NCBI GenBank assembly: GCA_002269645.1
Contig: NIVC01000652.1
Coordinates: forward strand, 315,295-379,294
Direction: 5' to 3'
Origin: Macrostomum lignano
Lineage: Eukaryota
Length of the DNA stretch: 64,000 bases
Below are positions 11,680 to 24,607 of the stretch, piece by piece. The notes beneath the pieces were generated by a model. That model saw nothing but the letters and a program-made list of their open reading frames with translations, ran no database searches and was not told the DNA's origin. A program made the position numbers and the translations under genes. The stretch's first letter is position 1; each line of letters starts with the position of its first letter.

Positions 11680-12254
11680 AACTCAAATAATACTTCATGT
11701 TGATATTTACCTTTATTTAGGTAATTATCAATTTTTAATTGTTAGGAATAGTTAGCTTATGTTACAATTAACAAATATTTAACACCAAACTAAATGACAA
11801 AACAAATATATTAGGTAATCAGCCTCCTAGACCCTTACTAGCATAGTCTTAAAGTATAATAATATTTAATATTTATTTAATATTTTAATATTTAGACTTA
11901 GAAACTTTATCTTATTCTGATATTTCAATGTTTAACACTATCCATGATCATTGATTTCAATTAGCTACATGCTCTATACTAACATAATATATGTTTAGTA
12001 ATCTAACACATAAGGCTAGGCTATGTAAGAGCCAATACAAAACTGGGAAAAGCACAATTGAGAGTTCCAGGCAAGAAAGGAGCATGGAATTTGAATTCAA
12101 TTCATGCAGTATTTAGAGTGAATATTTGAGTGCATTAAAACAAACTTAGTATAGTATTCATAACTTAATGATTGCATATTAGTAGTTGGTGCTTCTAGGA
12201 ATTATGAAGCAAGTTATTAATTAATATTTAAATATTAGTCACAATGTTATAATA

Positions 12255-13606
12255 CTTCGCCTGTCCGGAAAGTCGTGAGAATGTGTCAGTCAAGCAAGAA
12301 AGCAGCAAGCTGATGACATGGCACACATAAAATTTCAATAATAGACTTATATATGTCTATGGTGAAAATTTTTGTTATTCTAGCAGCAAAATTGGGGGCA
12401 GGGGCGAGCTCAGCATAAAGTGCTCAATAACCAATGCAACGCAGTGATCAAGCTTGAAAAATTTAATAGCAAGTTCGTCAAAATGGAAGATTTCCAGGCT
12501 TATGCCTATGCTAGATACTGTCTTGGAATCTCTGCTATTAGTTGTTATGACGAACTACTTAAAGTTTATGGAGATGCCGCACCAGGTCAGTCAACGGTTT
12601 ACAGATGGTACTCAAAGTTCCGTGATGAAGCATTTCCCCTGGCCTCAGCTCCTCGGACTGGCCGGCCACAGTCAACAAGGACAACGGAACTGATCGAAAC
12701 CTGCCGAGCTCTCGTTGAAGAGGATTCAAAAGTTAGTGTCCGAGACCTCGCCGACTTTTTGGAAGTTGGTAAAACAACAGTGCACAAAATTTTGACCGAG
12801 GATTTGCACCTTCGAAACGTTTCTGCCATCTGGGTTCCTCATGCTCTATCCGAGGAGAACAAGACTGCTCGCATCAATTGTGCCAAGCAAATCCGCAGGC
12901 TTTTTTACAACGAGGGGGTGGAAAACTTTTGCGACAAGTATGTGGTGGAAGATGAGACGTGGGTGTACCTGAACAACACTGGCACAAAGCAAAACAACAG
13001 GTGCTGGCTTGGCCAAGGAGATCATTGGCCCCAGGTTGTCAGGCACTCGGTTGGGAATGCAAAGACAATGCTTCTGGTTGCTTTCACTCCAAGCAAGTGC
13101 TTCTCCATTAAATCCACAGCCCCGAAGCAAACTGTTGATGCAGATGGCATAGTTGAATTCATTCGGCACATGGGAGACCGATGGCGTACTCTGAGGTCAA
13201 AGCCAATTCACCTGTCGGATGTTCTTTGGCAGTGGGACAATGCGCGACCTCACGTAGCCCGTTCTGTGCAGCAGTACATGGAGTCCCATGGAGTTCAGCT
13301 GGTGTTTCAGAGTCCCTACAGCCCAGACTTCAATCTGTGCGACCGTTTTTTGTTCAGTTGGATGAAGAATGATTTCTCCAGGTGAGTATTCAGCGACCAC
13401 AATGAAGTTCGAGAAGCTGCGTTGCAGTGGGCAAGAAGCCTTGACGAAGATTGTTTAAAAAGAGAGGTTCAGCAACTCGTTGACCATTGCCAAGCTGTAA
13501 TCAATGCAAGGGGAGATTACATTACCAACTAGTGCTGTTGTCGTGTTTTTTGATAGTTCTGACTGGTTTTTTAAATACATTCTCGCGACTTTCCGGACAG
13601 CCGAAG
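12255..13606 (+). mobile_element. Mariner (Tc1/mariner, D,D34D) transposon, 1352 bp
   Basis: About 30-bp TIRs CTTCGCCTGTCCGGAAAGTCGTGAGAATGT / ACATTCTCGCGACTTTCCGGACAGCCGAAG (2 mismatches). TA on both flanks (12253-54 and 13607-08). Confidence 0.93.
12483..13532 (+). pseudogene. Mariner transposase with a single in-frame TGA at 13383-13385
   Basis: Motifs WVPHAL, VVEDETW, WDNARPH and YSPDFNLCD (34 residues between the 2nd and 3rd catalytic D). The frame resumes after the TGA for 48 codons, ending ...VINARGDYITN* as mariner C-termini do. Confidence 0.88.
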
Positions 13607-15104
13607 TATATCTGAGGGGCCATACCACACTAGTACATTTGATATATTAATGAGTATATTTTGTCTAGCATAAACTACTGAATATAGCATATAATCAAAA
13701 TATTTTTTGAAAATTTCTTGTGCATGTATTAACATAATCCTGACTATGGATTTAATGTAGATTAAAATAAAATATAAATATTGATTCCTGCCATATTGAA
13801 TAAATCTTTGGTTAGTTACTTATTTATCAAAATTAGTCATTTTTTGTCAGAATCAATCTCAAACTAACATAGATACTGACAAACCATTTTAGTATATGGA
13901 TGTATATTTGTATATTAGTTCAAAGCTACAGTTATAAACAAGTTCCTAGAAGCTTTAAAAGTTTGTTGAAAATGTTTATATAATAATAGTAATTTTATAT
14001 TTTCTGTAACCATAATATTGTATTTTCAGCTTCCATCCATATGGACTGCAGATGGGGTGATTGGGGATTTGAATACTAGACTGCCTACAGCTTGTTGTGT
14101 ATGATAGGTAAGAGAATGATGACCTCCAAGGTGTATGGACACTTTGAGATAGAAGTAGAAAGGCTAGGAGTGTACAGACACTCATCCAGCTCTACAGCAA
14201 GAGGTAGATATAGATAAGGAGGCTGTGAGCAAGTAGCTATAGCAGCAGCAAAGGTGAGCACAGGTCTAGAGGCATATAGACACTTTGTAGACCCAAATGA
14301 AGATAGTGGTGAGAAAAGTGTATAATAAAGATAGGAGAAATGAATGAAAGCAAATACTGTCTTATTAGGAGGGGTCACTTGATGTGCTCATATAGGCCTG
14401 GCCTCTATATTTTATTCTGCTCAACTGTTGCTGACTTGCACAAGCACAAAGTACGTAGTAGTAGAGAGAGAGCAGGGCAGGATAGAGCCAGGCATGGGCC
14501 ATGTATGCAAATAAATACTGGTTGAAAACAGGAGGCTAGGTGGGGCTAAGCCACACAAGGCTAGGGGATGGGGGCAAAACTCAAAGAGTTAAAGGGTAAG
14601 AGAGAAAGAAAAAGGAAGGCCAGCCAATCAGGTGCCTCTGTGGTAGAGAGTGCAGGGTTTAGGACAAGGACATTGCAAGGCATAGCTCACAACATATTGC
14701 TTACCTATTTTTCGAAAGAATGTAGCTAATTTGCATTTTTTGTATTTATTAATATTTAAGTTTAATATTTAATTAAACTATCTAAAATTTAGCTTAATTG
14801 GTATTTTGTCAATTTGCCCTCTATTTCTAATTTAGATGTAGTGATTGATGCTTTTTAGCACCAGTGCAACTAGTTGGTGGCCAATATTCATCAACAATGA
14901 TTAGTTTTTCTTCTTTTTCCCCATCAGCATCCAAACCAATATTAGCATCAGAACTGTTTCTTTTTAGAGAAGTACTCATTTTAATGTTTTTGCCTTTCAT
15001 TTCAATGCAATGTTGTTCACCAACTGGTTCCCGTGAAACAAAGTCATTGTCACTATTTTAAGCATCATTGATACCCGCAATTAACCAGCTTAGCAACTCA
15101 CAAG

Positions 15105-15998
15105 CAGTGTTGGGCATAGGTCTGATACTCCAATACTCCGATAGTATTGCGGATACCATTTGAGTATCGGAGTATTGGACCTAGTTACTTTTTTCTCAGT
15201 ATTGGACCTTGGTATTGCCGATACATTTTCTTAAGTACAATAATCCAATACATTTAATCAAACTAATAGTAATAAATTTGACTAAAAAGCCTAGAAAGTA
15301 TTAAAGAAAGTAACAAAAATACAAATAGATGGTAATCTTTTCATCTTGATGTACTAGGTAGGTACAAATTCTAATATAAATATAATGAAAGTTCTCCATG
15401 CTAAGCGCGCTCCACTGGCCAATTCGACCCTCATGATGATAAGGCTGGTACTTCTCTGGGGCAATCAGCATATCCCGCTCGAGCCACTCTGACTTGAATT
15501 CTGAAATGATATTAGCTATTAGGCAAGTAGGTTCCTGTTAAAAATTGTTCATAAATGTAATTTAATGAAAGCCAAGTAACATCTAATTTCTAATTAATGA
15601 GTTGGAGTTTTTACATATCATGTGCATTATTATTTTTGTATCATCTATCATGTAGTCTTTTCATCTTAATGTACTATGTAGGTGAAAATGCTAATATAAA
15701 AATATTGAAAATTTATAACAATATTTTGCCCATTTAATTGGTCAGCCACATCTCACTAGAGTCTTTAGTGTCTAAAAATTAAGTAGCTAAGAGCTTTTTC
15801 TTCATTTTTGGCTTGATAGATGCAGAAAAGTGAGAAAACGCAAAAAAATGATGTATCGGACCAAGTATCGGAATAAAGTATTGCGCAATACTCAAATTTT
15901 GGTATTGGACCAACAAATATCGCCAATACCTTTTAGAGTATCGGTATTGGAGTATCGCTTTCAAACGATACTTTTTTAAAGTATCGGGCCCAACACTG
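15105..15998. mobile_element. hAT-type non-autonomous element, 894 bp
   Basis: TIRs CAGTGTTGGG / CCCAACACTG. 8-bp TSD CTCACAAG / CTCATAAG (7/8). Subterminal CCGATAC/GTATCGG repeats at both ends. Confidence 0.8.
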
Positions 15999-17236
15999 CT
16001 CATAAGTGACCTACCTATTCATTGGCTGCCAGCTTCTGAGCATTCTGCATCACAATCTGCTTGAAGTTGTACATGCCATTATCATTACTAGGCAGTTGTA
16101 GATGACCACAGTGGGTCCTGAGTCTTCTCACCTTGGTTGTGTTCTTTTTGATCATTGCACATTGCCAACAGTCTAGCCATGAACTTCTTCCACTATAGCT
16201 ATCATTTTGGGCCATTAGCTGACCCAAGTTGTTGCAGGTCAGAAAAATGTCAAATTGAGCAGAGCTAATGCTTTCTGTTTTCATTTTAGGCAATAACTTT
16301 TAATTTAAGTTACAAGTATTTAAGACAATTTATTGCTATGCGTATGGTCTAAACATCAAACAGAGACAATAAGTGTTAGAAAAAAACAATGTTTAAAAAT
16401 GTATATTATAGACTAATTAATGTCTGATGACAATAATTCTAGCATTGAATCTTCTTTGTAATAAGTTTTGCTAAGTGTACTAAATTCTAGGTCTAGTAAA
16501 AGTTGCAATTCTAAAAGGTATAAATGAAAGCTAAATATTAAACTAGAGTTGTTATAACTACAAATGCTAATTACTATGGAACTAGTAAAGAATGCTAGAA
16601 CCATAATAAATGTAGCAACATTAGATCTAAAAGCTGAGTAGTCATATTGATTTGCTAGTTATTAGGACTGCATTGTTCTTTCTCTTGACTAGTGATTAGC
16701 AATAATGTCACTCAAGCTGTCTTGCAATCTCTATATTGTATATTCTAGTGATCTTGAATATATCTATGAAAATTGATAATTTTGTATAACTAACATTAAA
16801 ATTAAGAATGTACAACTTAGATATAAAGCAACTCGGATGCCAAATAAAATGATTGGTATAGGAGCTCTTTTTATCAAGCCAAGCCAAATGTGATTGGGTT
16901 GAATAAACCCAAAGAATGAAGCTAATTCTTTGTCATACAATATAAATACAAGCTATAGTTGATGTATTGCATACACTCATGTACTGAGGTTCCCACAGTC
17001 ACAAGTAGCAGTTTGTCAAGATGCCAACTTCAATAGGTGAGGACCTTGAGGTGCTCATTGATGCGAGTAAAAAAATTAATATCATTTTTATCTTAGGTAA
17101 CCATCTTATTAACTTATTGACTACCTTTATTAACAATGCAGTTATTCATGTAAAGTCGCATTGGAGATGGTGCTCACGGCCGTATTGATAGCTGCTAAAA
17201 AATCTTCAATATATTCTGCTCCAAAGGCAGTCAGCA

Positions 17237-19572
17237 ATGCACCACGGTCACAGTCACGATCACGATCACGGCCACAGCCACGGAGGCCACGACCCGTTCG
17301 CCGGCATGACACCCGGCGCCATGGCCGCCGCAGCCGCAGCTGCCGCAGCTCCGATCCCCATGGACTCGGAGGGCAAGGCCTATCCTGTGGACCCGGCCTA
17401 CCGGATGCAGACCCAGCAGCAACAACAGCAGCAGCAGCAGGTACAACAGGACACCAGCAACTGGGACATGGTCAAGGCCTGTCAGTACGGAGTTGTGCCA
17501 AGAGTTCGCGAGCTGCTTAACAGCGGCTTCGATGCCAACACGCTGGACAGTCAGGGCGTTTCGCCGCTGCACTGGGCCGCCATCAACAACAGGCTGGAGA
17601 TCATGCAGATGCTGGTCAACCACGGTGCCATTGTTGACCGTCCCGGTGGCGATCTGCAGGTCTGGATAGTGAAGGAGAGGGGGTCTGGGGCAGCGGGTCG
17701 TGAGAGATATGGGAATTACTCATTCATAATCTGTCTTAGCTATTATAGTCTCAGATACGACTCAACGGCCCAAGAGTCATTACAGAAGTGCTCAGAGTCA
17801 CTTGCGTCGCCCCAGAGTCGGTTCTGAGTCGCAGACAGTAAAAAACGCCTTACGACTTAGGCGACTTGTACCGGCCGTGACATCTCGTATTCCTATTTTA
17901 CCTGTGTTACCTGCAGCGACTCTGAGGTGACGCAAGTGACTCTGGGCTGCTTTCTTGGCCTTGGTGCCGTTTGCATCGGGTAATTTCCGTAGTTGTTCTT
18001 CACGCTTCTTATCTGAAATGCCATTGATGATCGCAGGGCACCCCTCTGCACTGGGCCTGTCGCCAAGGCAACCTGTCTGCCTGCTGCTTGCTGATGCGGA
18101 TGGGCGCCAATCCGCTGCTGACAGACGCTGAGGGCCTCGCCTGCCTGCACCTGGCTGCCCAGTTCGGCTACACGCACATCCTGGCCTACCTGCTGGCCAA
18201 GGGCGCCGACCCCAACCTGCGCGACTGCAAAGGCATGACGGCCCTCATGTGGACGGCGCTGAGGGTGCTGCAGCCCGACGCCACCCGGGTGCTGCTGGCC
18301 TTTGACGCCAACCCGAACGCGTCCGAGCCGAACAGCGGCAACACGCCGGCGCACTTTGCTGCTCTGGGCGGCAACCAGATCGTCCTCGGCTGCCTGGACC
18401 GCGCCGGCGTCGACTGGACGGCCATCAACGCCAACGGCGAGACGCCCGTGCAGATTCTGCAGCAGAAGAAAATGCGCTGGCTGGCCGAACGGCTCAAGGA
18501 GATGATGTCGGACCGGGGGATACTGCGCGACTCGTCGGCTAGCGCTGGCGGCTTCTTCCGGTCGTTGGCCACCAGGGAGAACCGGCGCTGGTGCATGCTG
18601 GCGGTGCCCAGCCTCCTGCTGGCCTGCGCCGGCCTCATCTTCCACGCCGCCATCTCCTACGTGCTGAAGCTGGCGCTACTAGTCGGCCTGGCCGTGTTCT
18701 TCCGCCTGGTGTTCAGCCGGAAGTGCCTGGACCTGCGCTACCCCATGCTGCTGCCGTTCGGGCTGGCCGTGGGCTCCGAGGTGATCCTGACGTCTACCTG
18801 CGTGCTGCTGATGTTCCCCTACAATAGCTATGGGGACATTGTGCTGTTCACCACCGTCATATCCGGCATGTTCTACTTTCATTGGCGCTGCGCTGTGCGG
18901 GACCCCGGCTTCCTGAAGATCGACAAGACCGCCCGCGTGCAGTCCATCGTGCGCACCTGCGAGGATCCATCGGCCAGTTTCGATAACTTCTGCTCCACCT
19001 GCCTCATCCAGAAGCCGCTCCGGTCCAAGCACTGCGACATGTGCGGCCGCTGTGTGGCCCGCATGGACCACCACTGCCCCTGGGTGTACAACTGCGTGGG
19101 CGTGGCCAACCACCGCACCTTCGTTGGCTACCTCACCGGCGTGGTGCTCGGCACCTCCATGTTCCTGAAGATGTTCCTGTCCTACGTGTACCACCCGGAC
19201 AGCTCCTGCAGCCTGGACTGGGACACCGTGGGGCTCAAAGCTCTGTTCACCAGGACTCCAATCTGCTCAACCTGGGCATTCTTCTGCGCTTGCCTCGACT
19301 CGCTGTACCTATTCTGGGTTGCTATGCTGTTGCTAAGCCAGCTGTGGCAGATGCTGTGCGTCAACATGACAACCAACGAGCGATTCAATTCTTTCCGCTA
19401 CGCTCACTTCCAGACCAGCATGCCGAAAGTGCTCAAGAGCCCCTTCAACCAGGGCGTCTTCAAGAATTTCAAGGATTATTTCCTCACGCACAGCAGCGCC
19501 TCGCCCTGGTTCCACGTCTACGATGTCGACGACTTGAAGAGTCCACCGAAGCCCCCAACTCAGTCAGTGTAG
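17237..19572 (+). CDS. ZDHHC17: Ankyrin-repeat DHHC palmitoyltransferase (HIP14/ZDHHC17), about 652 aa, 2 exons
   Basis: Exons 17237-17659 and 18037-19572 (phase 0, GT..AG) join as GGDLQ|GTPLHWA. Ankyrin repeats, hydrophobic TM segments and CSTCLIQKPLRSKHCDMCGRCVARMDHHCPWVYNCVG. The intact DHHC favours ZDHHC17 over ZDHHC13 (DQHC). Confidence 0.93.
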
Positions 19573-19645
19573 GAGACTTGATATCTAGCCCAGCATGCCA
19601 ATGGCGATTTTGCCGACTGAGTCTCGCTGGTGATATCCATTAATG

Positions 19646-19876
19646 TCTACTTGCAGTAGAAATGTGAGAATATTGCACTTATAAAATTAATAATAAAAAT
19701 AGAATTGTATCCACTATTCTACTTGCAGTAGAAATATGAAAATATTGCACTTATAAAATTGATGATAAAAATAGAATTTTACTATTCTACTTGCAGTAGA
19801 AATATAAGAATATTGCGCGTATAAAAAGAATAATAATAATAGAGTTTTATCAACTTTTCTACTTGAAGTAGAAATA
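19646..19876. repeat. About 70-bp tandem repeat (3-4 copies) downstream of ZDHHC17
   Basis: Unit begins TCTACTTGCAGTAGA (itself a hairpin) at 19646, 19718, 19786 and 19858. Confidence 0.85.
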
Positions 19877-20420
19877 CAAGATTTTTTTTAGACCGATTTT
19901 TCTTCATCTGGAGAAAAACCGAAGGAACTGCAATGTCACTTTTTGAATTGAAGAACTTTTGAAGTGATTGGGTATGTTTTTTTATTCACCTGCGGTCGAT
20001 GGGGTCGGGGGTTATTCACCTGTGAAATCAATCTGTTTTCATTGCTCAGCTGAGCTGACGGCTATTGTATAATTTGCTGTAATGTAAACTGCTTTCGTCA
20101 TTTTGTAGCCCATTTGCTTTTTATACTGAAATTCCAAATCTAAGAGACTGTCTTTGCATTGCAAATGCTTTTTACTGTTTATTTGTACGTGTTTGTAACT
20201 CTCCCTAATCCCTTTGCTTAATGCCTACGAGTTCCGCTATGGAACCACTTCGGTGGCTGATCCTTTATCCTTGTACTTTTGTCTTAATTGCGCGTTTAAT
20301 TTGATTGTTACCTTTGGTGATTAATTATTGACTTCCATGGGTAGCCTGACTCTGTGAGCCCTTGAATAAGTTCTTGAAGTTCTTGGATTGGTCTTTTTGT
20401 GGGGAGTTATTGATACTTTA

Positions 20421-22640
20421 GGATCTGTCAGACTGCAGGGGATAATTCTACTAATTGGGATCTGTCAGACTGCAGGGGATAATTCTACTTTGGGATCTCT
20501 CAGACTGCAGGGGATAATTCTACTTTGGGATCTCTCAGACTGCAGGGGATAATTCTACTTTGGGATCTCTCAGACTGCAGGGGATAATAATTCTACTTTG
20601 GGATCTGTCAGACTGCAGGGGATAATAATTCTACTTTGGGATCTGTCAGACTGCAGGGGATAATTCTACTAATTGGGATCTGTCAGACTGCAGGGGATAA
20701 TTCTACTAACTGGGATCTGTCAGACTGTAGGGGATAATTCTACTTTGGGATCTGTCAGACTGCAGGGGATAATTCTACTAATTGGGATTTGTCAGACTGC
20801 AGGGGATAATTCTACTAACTGGGATCTGTCAGACTGCAGGGGATAATCCTACTAATTGGGATCTGTCAGACTGCAGGGGATAATTCTACTAACTGGGATC
20901 TGTCAGACTGCAGGGGATAATCCTACTAATTGGGATCTGTCAGACTGCAGGGGATAATCCTACTAATTGGGATCTGTCAGACTGCAGGGGATAATTCTAC
21001 TAATTGGGATCTGTCAGACTGCAGGGGATAATTCTACTTTGGGATCTGTCAGACTGCAGGGGATAATCCTACTAATTGGGATCTGTCAGACTGCAGGGGA
21101 TAATCCTACTAATTGGGATCTGTCAGACTGCAGGGGATAATCCTACTAACTGGGATCTGTCAGACTGCAGGGGATAATCCTACTAATTGGGATCTGTCAG
21201 ACTGCAGGGGATAATTCTACTAACTGGGATCTGTCAGACTGCAGGGGATAATCCTACTAATTGGGATCTGTCAGACTGCAGGGGATAATCCTACTAATTG
21301 GGATCTGTCAGACTGCAGGGGATAATTCTACTTTGGGATCTGTCAGACTGCAGGGGATAATCCTACTAATTGGGATCTGTCAGACTGCAGGGGATAATCC
21401 TACTAATTGGGATCTGTCAGACTGCAGGGGATAATTCTACTAATTGGGATCTGTCAGACTGCAGGGAATAATCCTACTAATTGGGATCTGTCAGACTGCA
21501 GGGGATAATTCTACTAATTGGGATCTGTCAGACTGCAGGGGATAATTCTACTAATTGGGATCTGTCAGACTGCAGGGGATAATTCTACTAATTGGGATCT
21601 GTCAGACTGCAGGGGATAATTCTACTTTGGGATCTGTCAGACTGCAGGGATAATTCTACTAATTGGGATCTGTCAGACTGCAGGGGATAATTCTACTTTG
21701 GGATCTCTCAGACTGCAGGGGATAATTCTACTTTGGGATCTCTCAGACTGCAGGGGATAATTCTACTTTGGGATCTCTCAGACTGCAGGGGATAATAATT
21801 CTACTTTGGGATCTGTCAGACTGCAGGGGATAATTCTACTAATTGGGATCTGTCGGACTGCAGGGGATAATTCTACTAATTGGGATCTGTCAGACTGCAG
21901 GGGATAATTCTACTAACTGGGATCTGTCAGACTGCAGGGGATAATTCTACTAACTGGGATCTGTCAGACTGCAGGGATAATTCTACTAATTGGGATCTGT
22001 CAGACTGCAGGGGATAATTCTACTTTGGGATCTCTCAGACTGCAGGGGATAATTCTACTTTGGGATCTCTCAGACTGCAGGGGATAATTCTACTTTGGGA
22101 TCTCTCAGACTGCAGGGGATAATAATTCTACTTTGGGATCTGTCAGACTGCAGGGGATAATTCTACTAATTGGGATCTGTCAGACTGCAGGGGATAATCC
22201 TACTAATTGGGATCTGTCAGACTGCAGGGGATAATTCTACTAACTGGGATCTGTCAGACTGCAGGGGATAATCCTACTAATTGGGATCTGTCAGACTGCA
22301 GGGGATAATTCTACTAATTGGGATCTGTCAGACTGCAGGGGATAATTCTACTAATTGGGATCTGTCAGACTGCAGGGGATAATTCTACTAATTGGGATCT
22401 GTCAGACTGCAGGGGATAATTCTACTAATTGGGATCTGTCAGACTGCAGGGGATAATTCTACTAATTGGGATCTGTCAGACTGCAGGGGATAATTCTACT
22501 AATTGGGATCTGTCAGACTGCAGGGGATAATTCTACTAATTGGGATCTGTCGGACTGCAGGGGATAATTCTACTAATTGGGATCTGTCAGACTGCAGGGG
22601 ATAATTCTACTAACTGGGATCTGTCAGACTGCAGGGGATA
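20421..22640. repeat. 35-38-bp minisatellite, about 60 copies
   Basis: Unit GGGATCTGTCAGACTGCAGGGGATAATTCTACTAATT with CTTT and TAAC variants. Confidence 0.95.
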
Positions 22641-23515
22641 TACAATACAATATATAATTTCTCTCAATTCTTTGCACTATCATGTGGGGTGAAGTTGGAA
22701 CAGACTGAGAGCGATTCGAGCCTAGGACCACACGCGACAGACTGTTACTCATGTTACTATATTAGCAGTTATTTCGCATATATTGAAGCCCTGTTTGAGC
22801 GCTGGCAAGCTTATATACGAGTTTAAGGTCTGTAGTCTCATAAGCTCAGCGCCAGACAGAAGGCTGTTCTATTTTTTGCTGCTCCCATGTCGATGAATCT
22901 GAGCTGCAAGGCTCAGATTACATGATTGTTCCATGTTATTTCCATAAATTACCCTATCATATTCTCCGCCAATAAACAGTTTGATGTCCTGCTTCCCGGA
23001 TTCGCTGATTGGTTGGCACATTTTGGCACCAGAGATATGAGAGCTCAGCACCGACTGCACTCGAGGTTAAACAGCCCCAATCAGCTTACTAAACTTTCCA
23101 TTACCTGCGCACATCAGTTTGGGATACTTGCTGCCTTAATCTGTTTATAAACTAAATGTATTGTATACGTCTTGAGATATGATGCTTTTAATTAGGCTTA
23201 ATCCTTTACCTGTAATCCGCTGTTGGCGCACACACTATTGCTGACTCTGGCTCTCTCTCATGATCAGCTGACTGCCGGATTCTGCAAACCGATTGGAAAG
23301 CTGCATCCGCCGCCAGTTGGTTTCCCCAATGCTGCGTCTGCTTATTTTGCTAATTAAATATTTTATTTCATTTCTTTTCCTGCTCTTGCATACGAGTTTA
23401 GCTTTTAGTATCTTGGAATATATTCAGACAGATTGGCACCAACTCTTGCACCTTGCTGGGCTCTGCGTTTTTTATTGTTCTGCAACTTTAGCTAAGTATT
23501 GGACAATATCACTGA

Positions 23516-24494
23516 TGAGATTGTAGTGGTGAAAGGGACAGTATGAGACAAGATGGATTGTAGCGGTGGACAGGACAGTATGAGACAAGAAGGATTGTAG
23601 CAGTGGACAGGACAGTATGAGACAAGAAGGATTGTAGCAGTGGACAGGACAGTATGAGACAAGAAGGATTGTAGCGGTGGACAGGACAGTATGAGACAAA
23701 AAGGATTGTAGCGGTGGACAGGACAGTATGAGACAAGATGGATTGTAGCAGTGGACAGGACAGTATGAGACAAGAAGGATTGTAGCAGTCGACAGGACAG
23801 TATGAGACAAGAAGAATTGTAGCGGTGGACAGGACAGTATGAGACAAGATGGATTGTAGCAGTGGACAGGACAGTATGAGACAAGAAGGATTGTAGCAGT
23901 GGACAGGACAGTATGAGACAAGAAGGATTGTAGCGGTGGACAGGACAGTATGAGACAGGAAGGCATGTAGCGGTGGACAGGAAAGTATGAGACAGGAAGG
24001 CATGTAGCGGTGGACAGGACATTATGGGACAGGAAGGCATGTAGCGGTGGACAGGACAGTATGAGACAGGAAGGCATGTAGCGGTGGACAGGACATTATG
24101 GGACAGGAAGGCATGTAGCGGTGGACAGGACATTATGGGACAGGAAGGCATGTAGCGGTGGACAGGACATTATGAGACAGAAATTGCCGCAGTGGAAAAG
24201 GCAGGGCACAGGACAGTATGGCACAGAAATTGCCGCAGTGGAAAAGGCAGGGCACAGGACAGTATGGGACAGAAATTGCCGCAGTGGAAAAGGCAGGGCA
24301 CAGGACAGTATGAGACAGAAATTGCCGCAGAGGAAAAGGCAGGGCACAGGACAGTATGGCACAGAAATTGCCGCAGTGGAAAAGGCAGGGCACAGGACAG
24401 TATGGCACAGAAATTGCCGCAGTGGAAAAGGCAGGGCACAGGACAGTATGGGACAGAAATTGCCGCAGTGGAAAAGGCAGGGCACAGGACAGTG
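23516..24494. repeat. Compound minisatellite: a 37-bp unit switching to a related 46-bp unit
   Basis: GATTGTAGCAGTGGACAGGACAGTATGAGACAAGAAG to about 24175, then AGAAATTGCCGCAGTGGAAAAGGCAGGGCACAGGACAGTATGGCAC. Confidence 0.93.
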
Positions 24495-24607
24495 AATGCT
24501 CAGTTGCCAAGTAGATTTAAATTAAGCACCGAAATTCAGCGGATTCGAAATCGGGAGTCTCCAAATCTCTGCTCAGTCCGCAGCTCCGCAACAGCCTTTT
24601 CACCTCG

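Larger units (their letters stand above)
6350..11718 (+). mobile_element. Penelope-like retroelement with inverted 5' pseudo-LTR, tandem partial copy and full unit
   Basis: 6350-7625 is the reverse complement of 7761-9035. 7633-9000 repeats directly at 10351-11718 (period 2718 bp). TAGGTAATTATCAAT flanks both ends (6338-6352 and 11718-11732; TSD overlapping the ends by microhomology). Encodes RT plus GIY-YIG. Confidence 0.95.

Noticed and set aside
14830-15056. About 76 open codons on the minus strand (NSDNDFVSREPVGEQHCIEMK...DEYWPPTSC)
   Set aside because: Bounded by stops, no splice sites or family motif identified; possibly a relic.
16015-16293. 92-aa minus-strand ORF faintly reminiscent of a hAT transposase segment
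   Set aside because: Key residues are not convincingly present.
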